Notes: generated from the sequence alone by a model not told the origin. A DNA stretch of 34,456 bases from Candidatus Woesebacteria bacterium RBG_13_46_13 (GCA_001791995.1 MGFR01000002.1:1-34456); one strand, 5' to 3'. Positions 1 to 8,361 are shown, counted from the stretch's first letter. Made by a program: numbers and translations.

Positions 1-1892
1 ACCGAATTGGCCAGTTCACCATTGGCCACACAACCCGTACAGGAAAGCTCCGATGCCGTTATCGTACCTGTTCCAGAGAAAGAAAGAGTGGCACCGCTAT
101 CCACGACCATTGCGGCTGTTGTGTTGTCGCCGGAGGTTAAATCTGCGAAAGAACCTCCACCACCTCCTCCGTCCAGCCCTTCCCAGGTGTTTCCTGCGTG
201 GCAGACTTTAACCGTATCGTCCGTGGCGTTATAGTAGATGTCTCCTTCGGCACAGGAGGCCGGGTCGGAGGTAGTGGATTTGCCCTTTAGGTTAAGAAAA
301 ACGTAGTCTCCCTGGTCTATAAAGGAAGCGAGCCTAGATGTTCCGTCCCCTATATTTACCGATGTGGCGTTTGCAGGGACCAGGCTTATAGAAGTGCCGG
401 AGAAGATATCTCCGCCGTTTATCGTTAGATCCCCGCTGGTCTTGATATTACCGCTCGAGGCTGTTTCGACATAGAAGTTTGCGGAAGAACTGTTTCCCCC
501 GATAGCCAAATTATACGAATTGATGGTCGGATGGATTACATCACCTGTTACCGTCCAGCTTCCGTTTCCGCTACTGCTACGGTTGTAGGCAGCATTGATG
601 GCGTCGACTATTCCTGTATTGCCGCCAGGTAGGGAGGTGGAAGATTCGCTTAACTTAATAGAAGAGGTAAGCTGGGCATCATTGAAAATGATATCGTCCT
701 TGGCAATAATACTTATATCTGCTCCTGATGCACTTGTTGTTATATTGAGTGATTTTGAGCTGGTTATGTCACCACCTCCAACCGAAATGTCTCCGCTGGT
801 GGCCAGGTTGTCATCCACAGTCAGAGTAGAGCCTGAAGCATTTGAGATCGCCCCTTCGATTTCAAAATTACCTTTGGAGTCCAAGTTGGCAACCTCGGTT
901 CCGTCGTTCTTGGCAGTTAAGATGTCGCTATCACCACTTCCTTCCAGCAAAATCAGAGATTTACCCCCGACCTCTCCGGAAACTTCAAGTCTGGCCTCCG
1001 GCGAGTTCGTGCCAATGCCTAGGAAGTAGTTGGTATTATCCCAGAAGAAATTCTTGTTGTTTTCAGATAGTCCCACTCCCTGGGGGCCCTTAAAAAGAAC
1101 CGAGCCCTCGGAGAGCCCGACATTAAAAATGGAAGCGAGATTTTCGATCTGGGAGATCTCGGAGGAGAGCTCGCTTCTGACACTTCTGGTGACTGTTCTA
1201 AGCTCTCTAACCTGATCGTAGGTCAACTTGGCAGCACCCAATATCAATAACAAAATGATAGCCAGTAGAACAAACGTAGTCACCTTGGATGAATCCCTGC
1301 GGGGTTTTGTGTCATAGATAATAGGGGCAACAGGCGCCGGGGGTAGGGGGGCAGGCTGGAAAACCGGCTGGGGCTGAGTTTGAACCGGAAGTTCCTGTTT
1401 AAAAGAAGGAGCTTCAATAACTACCGGAGCTTCGTAGACAACCTCGGGAGCAGGAGGCAGGGGTTGTGCTTGCGGTTGGGGGGTAGGGGCCACTACGGCT
1501 TGGGAAGCGGGTTGAGGAACAGTAGGCTTGGGAGCCTGTTCGGCTGCTTTGATGTTCTGGATATCCTTTGAGGTAAAGAGCCTGTGGCCTCCGGGAGTTC
1601 TGGCCGAGGTAATTTTTCCGTCTCTGTCCCAGCGTCTGATGGTTTGGGGGGAAACGTTTAAGAATCCGGCCGCTTCCTGGATCGTATAAGTCTTTTCGTT
1701 TAAGGCGGGTCTTTTAAGGATATCTTTTAAAAGGGTAATATCCTCAAGAGAGTAGAGTCTTTCGTTATTCGGACCCCTTTTGGGGACTACCTGCCTTTTT
1801 TTCTCCAAACGCCTTAAGGTATCGGAGGAAACCCCTAACAAACTAGAGGCCTTACTTATCGAAAACAAATTGTTATCGGCGGGCAGGGACAT
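1..1892 (-). CDS. Large membrane-anchored protein, partial (3' end runs off the window): two tandem MerR/Xis-like (HTH_17-type) DNA-binding domains, Pro-rich linker, single TM helix, Gly/Ser/Thr-rich fibre-like ectodomain
   Basis: Manually translated from ATG at 1892; open for 630 codons to the window edge, so absent from the ORF track. HTH1 FSISKASSLLGVSSDTLRRLEKKRQVVPKRGPNNERLYSLEDI; HTH2 YTIQEAAGFLNVSPQTIRRWDRDGKITSARTPGGHRLFTSKDI; TM VTTFVLLAIILLLILGAA (~1225-1285); ectodomain motifs FFWDNTNYFLGIGTNSP and CAEGDIYYNATDDTVKVC. Confidence 0.85.
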   Translation of the reverse strand, partial: MSLPADNNLFSISKASSLLGVSSDTLRRLEKKRQVVPKRGPNNERLYSLEDITLLKDILKRPALNEKTYTIQEAAGFLNVSPQTIRRWDRDGKITSARTPGGHRLFTSKDIQNIKAAEQAPKPTVPQPASQAVVAPTPQPQAQPLPPAPEVVYEAPVVIEAPSFKQELPVQTQPQPVFQPAPLPPAPVAPIIYDTKPRRDSSKVTTFVLLAIILLLILGAAKLTYDQVRELRTVTRSVRSELSSEISQIENLASIFNVGLSEGSVLFKGPQGVGLSENNKNFFWDNTNYFLGIGTNSPEARLEVSGEVGGKSLILLEGSGDSDILTAKNDGTEVANLDSKGNFEIEGAISNASGSTLTVDDNLATSGDISVGGGDITSSKSLNITTSASGADISIIAKDDIIFNDAQLTSSIKLSESSTSLPGGNTGIVDAINAAYNRSSSGNGSWTVTGDVIHPTINSYNLAIGGNSSSANFYVETASSGNIKTSGDLTINGGDIFSGTSISLVPANATSVNIGDGTSRLASFIDQGDYVFLNLKGKSTTSDPASCAEGDIYYNATDDTVKVCHAGNTWEGLDGGGGGGSFADLTSGDNTTAAMVVDSGATLSFSGTGTITASELSCTGCVANGELANS

Positions 1893-2006
1893 AGCTTATG
1901 CAAAATTTAGCTTCAAATGAACAACTTTGCGCAACATTAATTAAGGCAAATGCCGAAAGTGTTGTCAAGCCTGTTTTAGAAATCGACTAAGGGATAAAGT
2001 TTGCTG

Positions 2007-2035
2007 TTGATTATTTGCCGGGTTTCGCCTAAATT
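2007..2035 (+). promoter_or_regulatory. Putative sigma70 promoter for the M16 peptidase-ndk unit
   Basis: TTGATT-N17-TAAATT, 20 nt upstream of the ATG at 2056. Confidence 0.45.
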
Positions 2036-2055
2036 AAATGAAGATTTCTTAAAGT

Positions 2056-3333
2056 ATGGACTATAAACTGACCAAGCTGGCAAATGGGATCCGGGTGATA
2101 ACGGTTCCGGTAAAAAGCCTCGAATCCGCGACCCTGACCGTTTGGGTAGGAGTAGGCTCCAGGGCCGAGGAGGACAAAATCGCCGGCTTAAGCCACTTCC
2201 TGGAGCACATGGTCTTTAAGGGTAGCAAAAAACGCCCTTCGGCAAAACAAATCGCTGAGGCGGTGGACGCCATCGGAGGGGAATTTAACGCTTCAACCTC
2301 CAAAGAATGGACCAATTTCTATATTAAGGCCAGATCAGGGAATCTGGATTTGGCTTTCGACGTACTCTCGGACATGGTTTTAAACCCGCTTTTGAAAGCG
2401 GAGGAGATTGAAAAGGAAAAGGGCGTAATCGTTGAAGAGATTGCGATGTACGAAGATACACCCATGATGAAGATAGGGGACGTCTTCGAGCAGCTTATTT
2501 TTAAAGGAGATAATCTGGGGAGAGATACGATAGGCACGGAAAAAAGCGTAAAGTCTTTGAAAAAAGATGATTTCGAAAGATATAGAAATATACATTACTA
2601 TACTGATAATATAGTTATTACCGCTGCTGGAGGGATAGAAGAGAAAAAAGTACTTTCCCTGGCGGAGAAATACTTTTCTGGGCTTAAAAGAACGGGTAAA
2701 CAGGAAGAGGCAAACTACAACTTCAAGCCAAGCCAGAGAACCCCCCAAGTTTTACTGCGTTCCAAAAAGAACGAGCAGGCGCATTTGATAATGGGTTTTT
2801 TGGCGTCGCAAAGGGGAGGCAGGGAAAGGTTTACGGAGGCAGTTCTGGCTGCCATTTTGGGAGGAGGCATGAGTTCCCGGTTATTTACCGAGGTTAGGGA
2901 AAAAAGAGGATTGGCCTATTCGGTAAAAACATCGACTGAGCGCTACCTGGATACCGGAGAATTTGCCTCATACGCCGGAGTGGATGTTCCGAAAGCGGAG
3001 GAGGCCATAAAAGTAATACTGGATGAGCATTACGGTTTGGCCGACGGGAAGAAGAAAGTAACCGAGAAGGAATTAAAGATAGCAAAGGAATATATCAAAG
3101 GGCATCTTGCGCTATCATTGGAAGATACGCGGGATGTCAACTCCTTTTTCGGGGAAGAGGAATTAATGTTAGGCAGAGTCGAGACTCCGGAGCAGGTTTT
3201 CGCGGGTATAGACAGGGTTAGCATTGAAGATATCCAGATGCGAGCCAAAGAGCTATTTGTGCCCAAAAGGCTTAATCTGGCAATAATCGGACCATTTAAG
3301 GACCAGGCGGCTTTCGAAAGGATTGTCGGCTAA
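2056..3333 (+). CDS. M16 family (insulinase/pitrilysin-like) zinc peptidase
   Basis: Inverted zinc motif HFLEH (HXXEH), GGEFNAST, C-terminal ILGGGMSSRLFTEVREKRGLAYSV; 425 aa. Confidence 0.93.
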   Translation: MDYKLTKLANGIRVITVPVKSLESATLTVWVGVGSRAEEDKIAGLSHFLEHMVFKGSKKRPSAKQIAEAVDAIGGEFNASTSKEWTNFYIKARSGNLDLAFDVLSDMVLNPLLKAEEIEKEKGVIVEEIAMYEDTPMMKIGDVFEQLIFKGDNLGRDTIGTEKSVKSLKKDDFERYRNIHYYTDNIVITAAGGIEEKKVLSLAEKYFSGLKRTGKQEEANYNFKPSQRTPQVLLRSKKNEQAHLIMGFLASQRGGRERFTEAVLAAILGGGMSSRLFTEVREKRGLAYSVKTSTERYLDTGEFASYAGVDVPKAEEAIKVILDEHYGLADGKKKVTEKELKIAKEYIKGHLALSLEDTRDVNSFFGEEELMLGRVETPEQVFAGIDRVSIEDIQMRAKELFVPKRLNLAIIGPFKDQAAFERIVG

Positions 3334-3334
3334 C

Positions 3335-3883
3335 ATGGAGCAAACTGTAGTTCTGATTAAGCCGGACGGAGTCAAAAAGTCCATCATGGGAGACGTTTTG
3401 TCGCGTTTTGAGAGGGTTGGCTTGAAGTTGGTGGCGGCAAAGCTGATCTGGGTCAATAAGACCATGGTTGGAAAGCACTATCCCTACGACAGTAAGTATC
3501 TTAAGTCTGTAGGGGAGAAAACCCTTGAGAATTACAGCAAGTACGGAATGGACCCCGGAGAGAACCTGGGTACCAAAGACCCCTTTAAGATAGGAGAGAT
3601 GGTCAGGGAGTGGAATATGGAGTTTCTCTCCTCCGGCCCGGTTTTTGCCATGCTTCTGGAAGGCCCGAGTGCCGTGATGATTGTCAGGAAGATCGTAGGT
3701 CATACCTTTCCCTCCGAGGCTATGCCGGGTACAATCAGAGGGGATTTTTCCCTGGATTCCGCCTACGACAGCAACCTGCAAAAAAGAACAACCCGGAACA
3801 TAATCCACGCTTCGGGATCGGTAAAAGAGGCCAAATTCGAGAAGAAACTCTGGTTTAAGCGAGGCGAAATTTACTCCTACTAG
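3335..3883 (+). CDS. ndk: Nucleoside-diphosphate kinase
   Basis: EQTVVLIKPDGV, PGTIRGDF, RNIIHASGS (catalytic His). ATG 3335 chosen over the TTG at 3323. Confidence 0.95.
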   Translation: MEQTVVLIKPDGVKKSIMGDVLSRFERVGLKLVAAKLIWVNKTMVGKHYPYDSKYLKSVGEKTLENYSKYGMDPGENLGTKDPFKIGEMVREWNMEFLSSGPVFAMLLEGPSAVMIVRKIVGHTFPSEAMPGTIRGDFSLDSAYDSNLQKRTTRNIIHASGSVKEAKFEKKLWFKRGEIYSY

Positions 3884-4383
3884 GCTCCCAAAGGGATTTC
3901 AGCAAGATGTTCCCACTCTTGCGGATTTTGGGTCGCGGGTGTCACGATAATCTTATCGGCCAAAAACTCCAACCTGGGCAGATTTATGCTTTTTGCGATG
4001 TTTTTCCTTTGTCCGATATCGTCGTTTCCATAATAGAGGCTAATATGGGGCATAAAGACGGTTGTGTCGTTGAATGTTTTTTGGGCAAAAGATCTGGCCG
4101 TAAGTAGGGAAGTGCCTGTTTGAACACGCACAAAGACACACTGGAAATAGGTGGTTGAGAAGTCGATTTGGCCCAAAGATACCTGAAATGGCTTAATCTG
4201 TTTGGCCAAAAGACCAGCTTTTGCAACTATTTCGTCAATCTCGCCATAAATGGGACCGAGAAGGGTCATGTGGGGTTCAAAGGTCGGCCCGTGGAACTTA
4301 GCGCTTAAATCTTTGACCGAAGAGTCAAGCGTGGCTTTTGCTTCGCCGTTGGGGGTAATCCATAAAGAATAGGCTTTTTCCAT
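3880..4383 (-). CDS. 2H phosphoesterase / cyclic phosphodiesterase (CPDase-like)
   Basis: YSLW at the N-terminus and two Hx[TS] motifs (FEPHMTL, FMPHISLYYG) about 80 aa apart. Confidence 0.85.
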   Translation of the reverse strand: MEKAYSLWITPNGEAKATLDSSVKDLSAKFHGPTFEPHMTLLGPIYGEIDEIVAKAGLLAKQIKPFQVSLGQIDFSTTYFQCVFVRVQTGTSLLTARSFAQKTFNDTTVFMPHISLYYGNDDIGQRKNIAKSINLPRLEFLADKIIVTPATQNPQEWEHLAEIPLGA

Positions 4384-4393
4384 GCTTCGTTTG

Positions 4394-4465
4394 TCGGGGT
4401 GCTGGGAATTGAACCCAGTGCCTCTCGGACCCGAACCGAGCGGTCTACCGATGACCTACACCCCG
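4394..4465 (-). tRNA. tRNA-Pro (anticodon CGG), CCA not encoded
   Basis: Cloverleaf: acceptor CGGGGTG/CACCCCG, D arm GGTC/GACC, anticodon arm CTCGG-TTCGGGT-CCGAG, T arm CTGGG-TTCAATT-CCCAG. Confidence 0.95.
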
Positions 4466-4468
4466 GGA

Positions 4469-4543
4469 TGGTGCCCCTAGCCGGAATTGAACCGACATCT
4501 TACCCTTAGGACGGGTCTGCTCTGTCCGTTGAGCTACAGGGGC
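4469..4543 (-). tRNA. tRNA-Arg (anticodon CCT), CCA encoded
   Basis: Acceptor GCCCCTG/TAGGGGC, D arm GCTC/GAGC, anticodon arm (G)ACCC-GTCCTAA-GGGT(A), T arm GTCGG-TTCAATT-CCGGC, ends ACCA. Confidence 0.92.
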
Positions 4544-4551
4544 GCATGGAA

Positions 4552-4560
4552 ATTATACCA
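4552..4560 (-). promoter_or_regulatory. Extended -10 promoter for the tRNA pair
   Basis: TG-G-TATAAT on the minus strand, 8 nt upstream of the tRNA-Arg 5' end. Confidence 0.7.
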
Positions 4561-4570
4561 CAAGCCTTAC

Positions 4571-5740
4571 CTACTTCAGGCTAAGGGAATAAAGATTAGC
4601 GAGGCTATCGCCGGAGCCCAGATTGGTCAATATCAGAAGTTTACTGGTATTTACATATGGGAAAGCCTTCGGTGCAGTATAGCTTCCCGAATAGACGGCC
4701 TGGCGGTTGGTGCCGTCGTAATCCATGATGGTTACCTTGCCTTCTTCGGGGTAGACCAGCTGTCTTGAAGTAGGGAACCAGCGAATCATAGCTCCAGCCT
4801 CGGCAACCAAGAAATTTCGATCCTCTTTGATATCGTAAACATAGGTTTTACCTTCTTCGATATTCCTTTCTTGTTTTTGGGTAGAAGAGCCCGGTAAGGA
4901 CTTTATTAGTCCTTCTTTTAAGCTGGCCGAGCCGCTGGCCGTATAAAGAATCTTGGTTTCATCGGGCGAGAAGACAACCGAGCTGGCTTTTCTGGTAAGG
5001 ACATCCGCCAGTTCCTCCGGTAGGCTGGAAAGCTGGGCCGTGAGCTTCTTTTTCTCCTCGGTTTTCCAGCCCAAAACTATACTTTCCTTTCTGGAGCTGA
5101 CATTTACCGTCTGATTTTGGGAGGTAAAACTTCCGGTTTCCAGAAGGTAAACTCCGCCTTTGGTCGTAAGCATAATCTGCCTGGCATCAGGAGAGAATTC
5201 CCAGGAAGCTTCGGTCAAATCTCCGTCACTAATCCGTCTGGGATCTCGGGAAAACCCTAAAGGAAGGTCGGCTGTCTCCACTATCCAAAGGCCGGCCTTG
5301 GGGTCTCCGGCGGTCTTGGGAGGTACGGCGAAGGCTATTTTGGAATAATCGGCTGAATCGACCGGATTTACGGCGCCGTCGAAGGTCACGGCTGTCAAAG
5401 AAGGGGCAATCCTAAACAGGGTAACGTTGGCCAAGGTGACCACTTCTTTTTCAATAGACAGGCGCTTACCCCACTCGATATAGCCTTCTTTTCTCAGGCT
5501 GATATCGTAGGTCCCCGGGGAGAGGGAAACTGTGGCGTCGCTGGCGGTTTTTAAGTCCCCGTTGACGAAGATTTGGGCCCCGGTCGGGTCGGATTTGACC
5601 ACCAAAAGGCCGTTGGGGCTAAAGCGAAAATGCCTCAAATCAAACCTATATCCCCGTGCGTAGGCAACGGCGAATGTTCCAAAAGTGACCATCACAAAGA
5701 TGGTGAAAAGAAAAATCAAAAGTCTGACCTTCGTCATCAT
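4571..5740 (-). CDS. PEGA domain-containing membrane-anchored protein with probable beta-propeller C-terminus
   Basis: N-terminal TM, then GLLVVKSDPTGAQIFVNG...LSPGTYDISLRKEGYIEW (PEGA); repeated WEFSPD/FSPDETKILY/WFPTSRQLVY motifs. Start set at ATG 5740 (MMTKV); the ORF-track extension to 5890 overlaps mreB. Confidence 0.8.
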   Translation of the reverse strand: MMTKVRLLIFLFTIFVMVTFGTFAVAYARGYRFDLRHFRFSPNGLLVVKSDPTGAQIFVNGDLKTASDATVSLSPGTYDISLRKEGYIEWGKRLSIEKEVVTLANVTLFRIAPSLTAVTFDGAVNPVDSADYSKIAFAVPPKTAGDPKAGLWIVETADLPLGFSRDPRRISDGDLTEASWEFSPDARQIMLTTKGGVYLLETGSFTSQNQTVNVSSRKESIVLGWKTEEKKKLTAQLSSLPEELADVLTRKASSVVFSPDETKILYTASGSASLKEGLIKSLPGSSTQKQERNIEEGKTYVYDIKEDRNFLVAEAGAMIRWFPTSRQLVYPEEGKVTIMDYDGTNRQAVYSGSYTAPKAFPYVNTSKLLILTNLGSGDSLANLYSLSLK

Positions 5741-5747
5741 GAGGCCA

Positions 5748-5792
5748 ATTATACGCTTACCTCTTGTTAGGCGCAAAAAATGCCCATATAAT
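5748..5792. promoter_or_regulatory. Divergent -10 elements (PEGA gene and mreB)
   Basis: TATAAT on minus at 5748-5753, 7 nt before ATG 5740; TATAAT on plus at 5787-5792. Confidence 0.55.
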
Positions 5793-5811
5793 GCGTCCAA
5801 TCCCCTAAACC

Positions 5812-6819
5812 ATGCTACGCAAAAACATCGCGATTGATCTCGGCACCGCCAATACCCTGGTTTGGATCGCCGGAGAAGGTTTGGTCGCAAATGAGCCTAC
5901 GGTGGTGGCCATTTCTTCCGACGACAATAAGGTTGTTGCGGTCGGGGAAGACGCCAAAAGAATGCTGGGCAGGACCCCTGAAAGCCTGATTGCCTCCCGG
6001 CCCATGCGCGAGGGGGTAATTGCGGATTATCAGATAACCGAGGCCATGCTGCGCTACTTCATCGGCAAGGTTACGGGAAGATTCCAGATATTTAAACCCA
6101 ATGTCATGGTCTGCGTGCCGGCAGGCTGTACCCAGGTTGAGCGTAGGGCCGCGCTTGATGCTACTCTGGGGGCAGGAGCAGGGCATGCCTACCTTATAGA
6201 CGAACCGCTGGCCGCAGCCATCGGAGCGGGTATTCCGGTTTCGGCACCATCTGGGCATATGATCGTGGATGTTGGCGGTGGAGCAGCCGAGGCTGCCGTT
6301 ATCTCCCTGGGGGGAGTCGTGGTGCATAAGAGCGTGCGCATCGCCGGCAACAAGGTCGACGAGGCTCTGCAGAACTATTTGAAGAAGAAATATAACCTGA
6401 TTGTGGGTGATACCACGGCGGAGGATATCAAAATCAAGATCGGTTCAGCCACAATACTGGCCAAAGACGAAAAGTTGGAGATATCTGGCCGGGATTTGGT
6501 CTTTGGGCTCCCCAGAAGCGTTGTGGTGACCTCAACCGACGTTACAGAGGCGATAAGGCCCACTCTTCTTTCCATAATCGGAGCGGTGAAAGCGGTTTTG
6601 GAGGACACGCCACCGGAGCTGGCAGCTGATATTATAGATAAGGGAATTGTCATGAGTGGGGGAACGAGTCTCTTGCGGAACTTTGATAAAATGTTAACAG
6701 AAGAAACCGGCGTTCCGGCCCATGTCGCGGAGGACGCCATGTACTGTGTGGTTAGGGGAACCGGTTTGGTGTTGGAAAATATAGAACTTTGGAAGAGAAG
6801 TGTCACGACTAAAAGATAA
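5812..6819 (+). CDS. mreB: Rod shape-determining actin homolog MreB/Mbl
   Basis: IAIDLGTANT, EPTVVA, RPMREGVIAD, LIDEPLAAAIGAG, VDVGGG, GIVMSGGTSLL. Confidence 0.96.
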   Translation: MLRKNIAIDLGTANTLVWIAGEGLVANEPTVVAISSDDNKVVAVGEDAKRMLGRTPESLIASRPMREGVIADYQITEAMLRYFIGKVTGRFQIFKPNVMVCVPAGCTQVERRAALDATLGAGAGHAYLIDEPLAAAIGAGIPVSAPSGHMIVDVGGGAAEAAVISLGGVVVHKSVRIAGNKVDEALQNYLKKKYNLIVGDTTAEDIKIKIGSATILAKDEKLEISGRDLVFGLPRSVVVTSTDVTEAIRPTLLSIIGAVKAVLEDTPPELAADIIDKGIVMSGGTSLLRNFDKMLTEETGVPAHVAEDAMYCVVRGTGLVLENIELWKRSVTTKR

Positions 6820-6944
6820 CCCCTATAGGGCATATAACACGAGGTGCCAGAGACCCCGGAAACAAAAGAATCGGATTATACAAGATACCGATTTACTGCT
6901 ACTATAGGGCAGGAAAAGAAGTTATATAGTATAGGACCAATAAA

Positions 6945-6975
6945 GCGGGATAAAGTGAGGATAGATTGAGGATAA
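6945..6975 (+). repeat. Three 11-bp-phased GGATA[AG] direct repeats in an AT-rich intergenic region
   Basis: GCGGGATAA (6945), TGAGGATAG (6956), TGAGGATAA (6967). Confidence 0.4.
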
Positions 6976-7245
6976 TTCAACAATTTATGAGGCCAATAAA
7001 CGAGGTAATATTTTATACAAAGTGTGTGTTATCGTAAGTGCATAATTGTATTAATAGAACCTGTAATATAAAGTATACGAAATCACATTAAGTCCTAGAG
7101 TCATGATAGCTGGTTAATTAGTCGTAAGTAGGTTATAGGTCTATAAAAACATCTTTTTGGACGAATTCGGCGATAAAAAAATAGGCTTTTTTCTAAAAAA
7201 ACGGAGCCCGAAGCCCAAAAAACCGACAAAGATTGGTACAAATCA

Positions 7246-8010
7246 ATGCGAAAATACGGCAAAATATTGACCACTGACCTAAATAGCACTTCCAAGGAGA
7301 AAGTGCTAGCCTTTGTAAGGGATTCTTTGGCCCGAGGCTACAAATTTTGGATTTCCACCCCCAATTCGGAGATAATTTTACAGGCAGAGAAAGACTTCGG
7401 ACTGCATAAAGCTCTGCAAAATTCAGACCTGGCAATACCGGACACAATCGGGGTAGGTCTTGCCGCCAGGTTTTTGGGATTAGGGGAGATAAACATCATT
7501 AAGGGTCGCGAGTTGTTTATGGAGATAATTAAACTTGCCAGTAAAAAGGGCTGGAAAGTATTCCTTCTGGGAGGAGGACCCGATATTGCCAAGGTTGCTG
7601 GACTTAACCTGAGGAAAAGTTTTAAAAAGGTAAGAATTGCCTATAACGAGGGACCGCGTCTTAACGCGGCGGGTGAGCCGGTTTCCCAAACGGATGTCGG
7701 CTTGGAAAAGAAGGCGATCGCCGAAATCAACGAATTTGCCCCCCAGATCCTATTTGTAGCCTTTGGTGCTCCAAAGCAGGAAAAATGGGTGGTACGAAAC
7801 CTCAAGCGACTAAACATTGGTGGAGCCATGGTTGTCGGGGGAACGCTTGATTATGTTGCCGGAAAAGCACCCTTGCCCCCCAAAGGCTTGGAGAAGAGCT
7901 TTGAGTGGTTATGGCGGCTTGTTACCCAACCCGCAAGAGCCCCGAGGATTATAAGAGCCACAATCGTTTTTCCCTGGAGAGTATTTCTTTCCAAGTGGAA
8001 TAAGGCCTAA
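7246..8010 (+). CDS. WecB/TagA/CpsF family glycosyltransferase (GT26)
   Basis: ISTPNSE, IPDTIGV, KGRELF, VFLLGG, FVAFGAPKQEKW, VVGGTLDY, EWLWRL...R. Confidence 0.93.
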   Translation: MRKYGKILTTDLNSTSKEKVLAFVRDSLARGYKFWISTPNSEIILQAEKDFGLHKALQNSDLAIPDTIGVGLAARFLGLGEINIIKGRELFMEIIKLASKKGWKVFLLGGGPDIAKVAGLNLRKSFKKVRIAYNEGPRLNAAGEPVSQTDVGLEKKAIAEINEFAPQILFVAFGAPKQEKWVVRNLKRLNIGGAMVVGGTLDYVAGKAPLPPKGLEKSFEWLWRLVTQPARAPRIIRATIVFPWRVFLSKWNKA

Positions 8011-8017
8011 ATGGCCC

Positions 8018-8046
8018 TTGACACCCCTGATACCCTCTGATATTTT
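8018..8046 (+). promoter_or_regulatory. Sigma70 promoter of the small HTH gene
   Basis: TTGACA (8018-8023), 17-nt spacer ending TG-A, TATTTT (8041-8046). Confidence 0.65.
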
Positions 8047-8052
8047 CTGATT
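8027..8052 (+). repeat. Three CTGAT[AT] direct repeats at exactly 10-bp period overlapping the promoter
   Basis: CTGATA 8027, CTGATA 8037, CTGATT 8047. Confidence 0.6.
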
Positions 8053-8054
8053 AA

Positions 8055-8085
8055 GATAGTTCGAACTCAAGCTCGGAACTATATC
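8055..8085 (+). promoter_or_regulatory. Inverted repeat (5'UTR hairpin or operator)
   Basis: ATAGTTC (8056-8062) ... GAACTAT (8076-8082); stem extendable with one G-U pair. Contains the perfect palindrome AGTTCGAACT (8058-8067). Confidence 0.5.
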
Positions 8086-8112
8086 ATTTGAAGTCAAATT
8101 AGATTAAACAAT

Positions 8113-8331
8113 ATGGACGAGAAGCCTAAAAAGAAAGTCAGACTCGAAGATTTGCCGGATTTACTCACCGTGCGTGAAGTTTCCGATCTGCTACGTGTTT
8201 CTCCTTTGACTATCAAGCGCTGGGGCAAAAGAGGCAAGCTCCCCGCCATCAGGATTAACTCCCGCGGCGACCGCAGATATAAAAAAGAAGCCGTCCTCTG
8301 GCTTCTAGGCATGCAGGAAAAGACCGAATAG
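8113..8331 (+). CDS. Small stand-alone MerR/Xis-like (BldC-like, HTH_17) DNA-binding protein
   Basis: 72 aa: LLTVREVSDLLRVSPLTIKRWGKRGKLPAIRINSRGDRRY; no effector domain. Confidence 0.9.
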   Translation: MDEKPKKKVRLEDLPDLLTVREVSDLLRVSPLTIKRWGKRGKLPAIRINSRGDRRYKKEAVLWLLGMQEKTE

Positions 8332-8361
8332 CTTCAGAGTTTTCTGATACAATGTGGGCGT

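Noticed and set aside
7-1571. Plus-strand ORFs 7-234, 595-1029, 842-1093, 1030-1215 and 1380-1571
   Set aside because: Antisense shadows of the long minus-strand HTH-TM-fibre gene, which has recognisable domains.
1963-1968. TTGACA on the minus strand as the -35 of the giant HTH gene
   Set aside because: No convincing TANNNT at a 16-19 nt spacing.
2056-3333. M16 peptidase as the RiPP leader peptidase
   Set aside because: It lies over 10 kb away, is coupled to ndk in a housekeeping context, and a dedicated S26 domain is already adjacent to each precursor block.
3296-3808. This and other short ORF-track entries nested antisense or out of frame in confident genes (e.g. 5815-6327, 6375-6833, 8856-9314, 16131-16640, 25996-26523)
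   Set aside because: No recognisable motifs and fully overlapped by well-supported genes.
4487-4768. 93-aa plus-strand ORF
   Set aside because: Overlaps tRNA-Arg and the PEGA gene on the opposite strand.
6901-6910. ACTATAGGG resembling the 3' end of a T7 promoter
   Set aside because: The upstream TAATACGACTC is absent; a chance match.
8113-8331. Excisionase of an integrated element, with the tRNAs as att sites
   Set aside because: No integrase, transposase, phage genes or tRNA 3'-end duplication is visible; a chromosomal regulator is more parsimonious.
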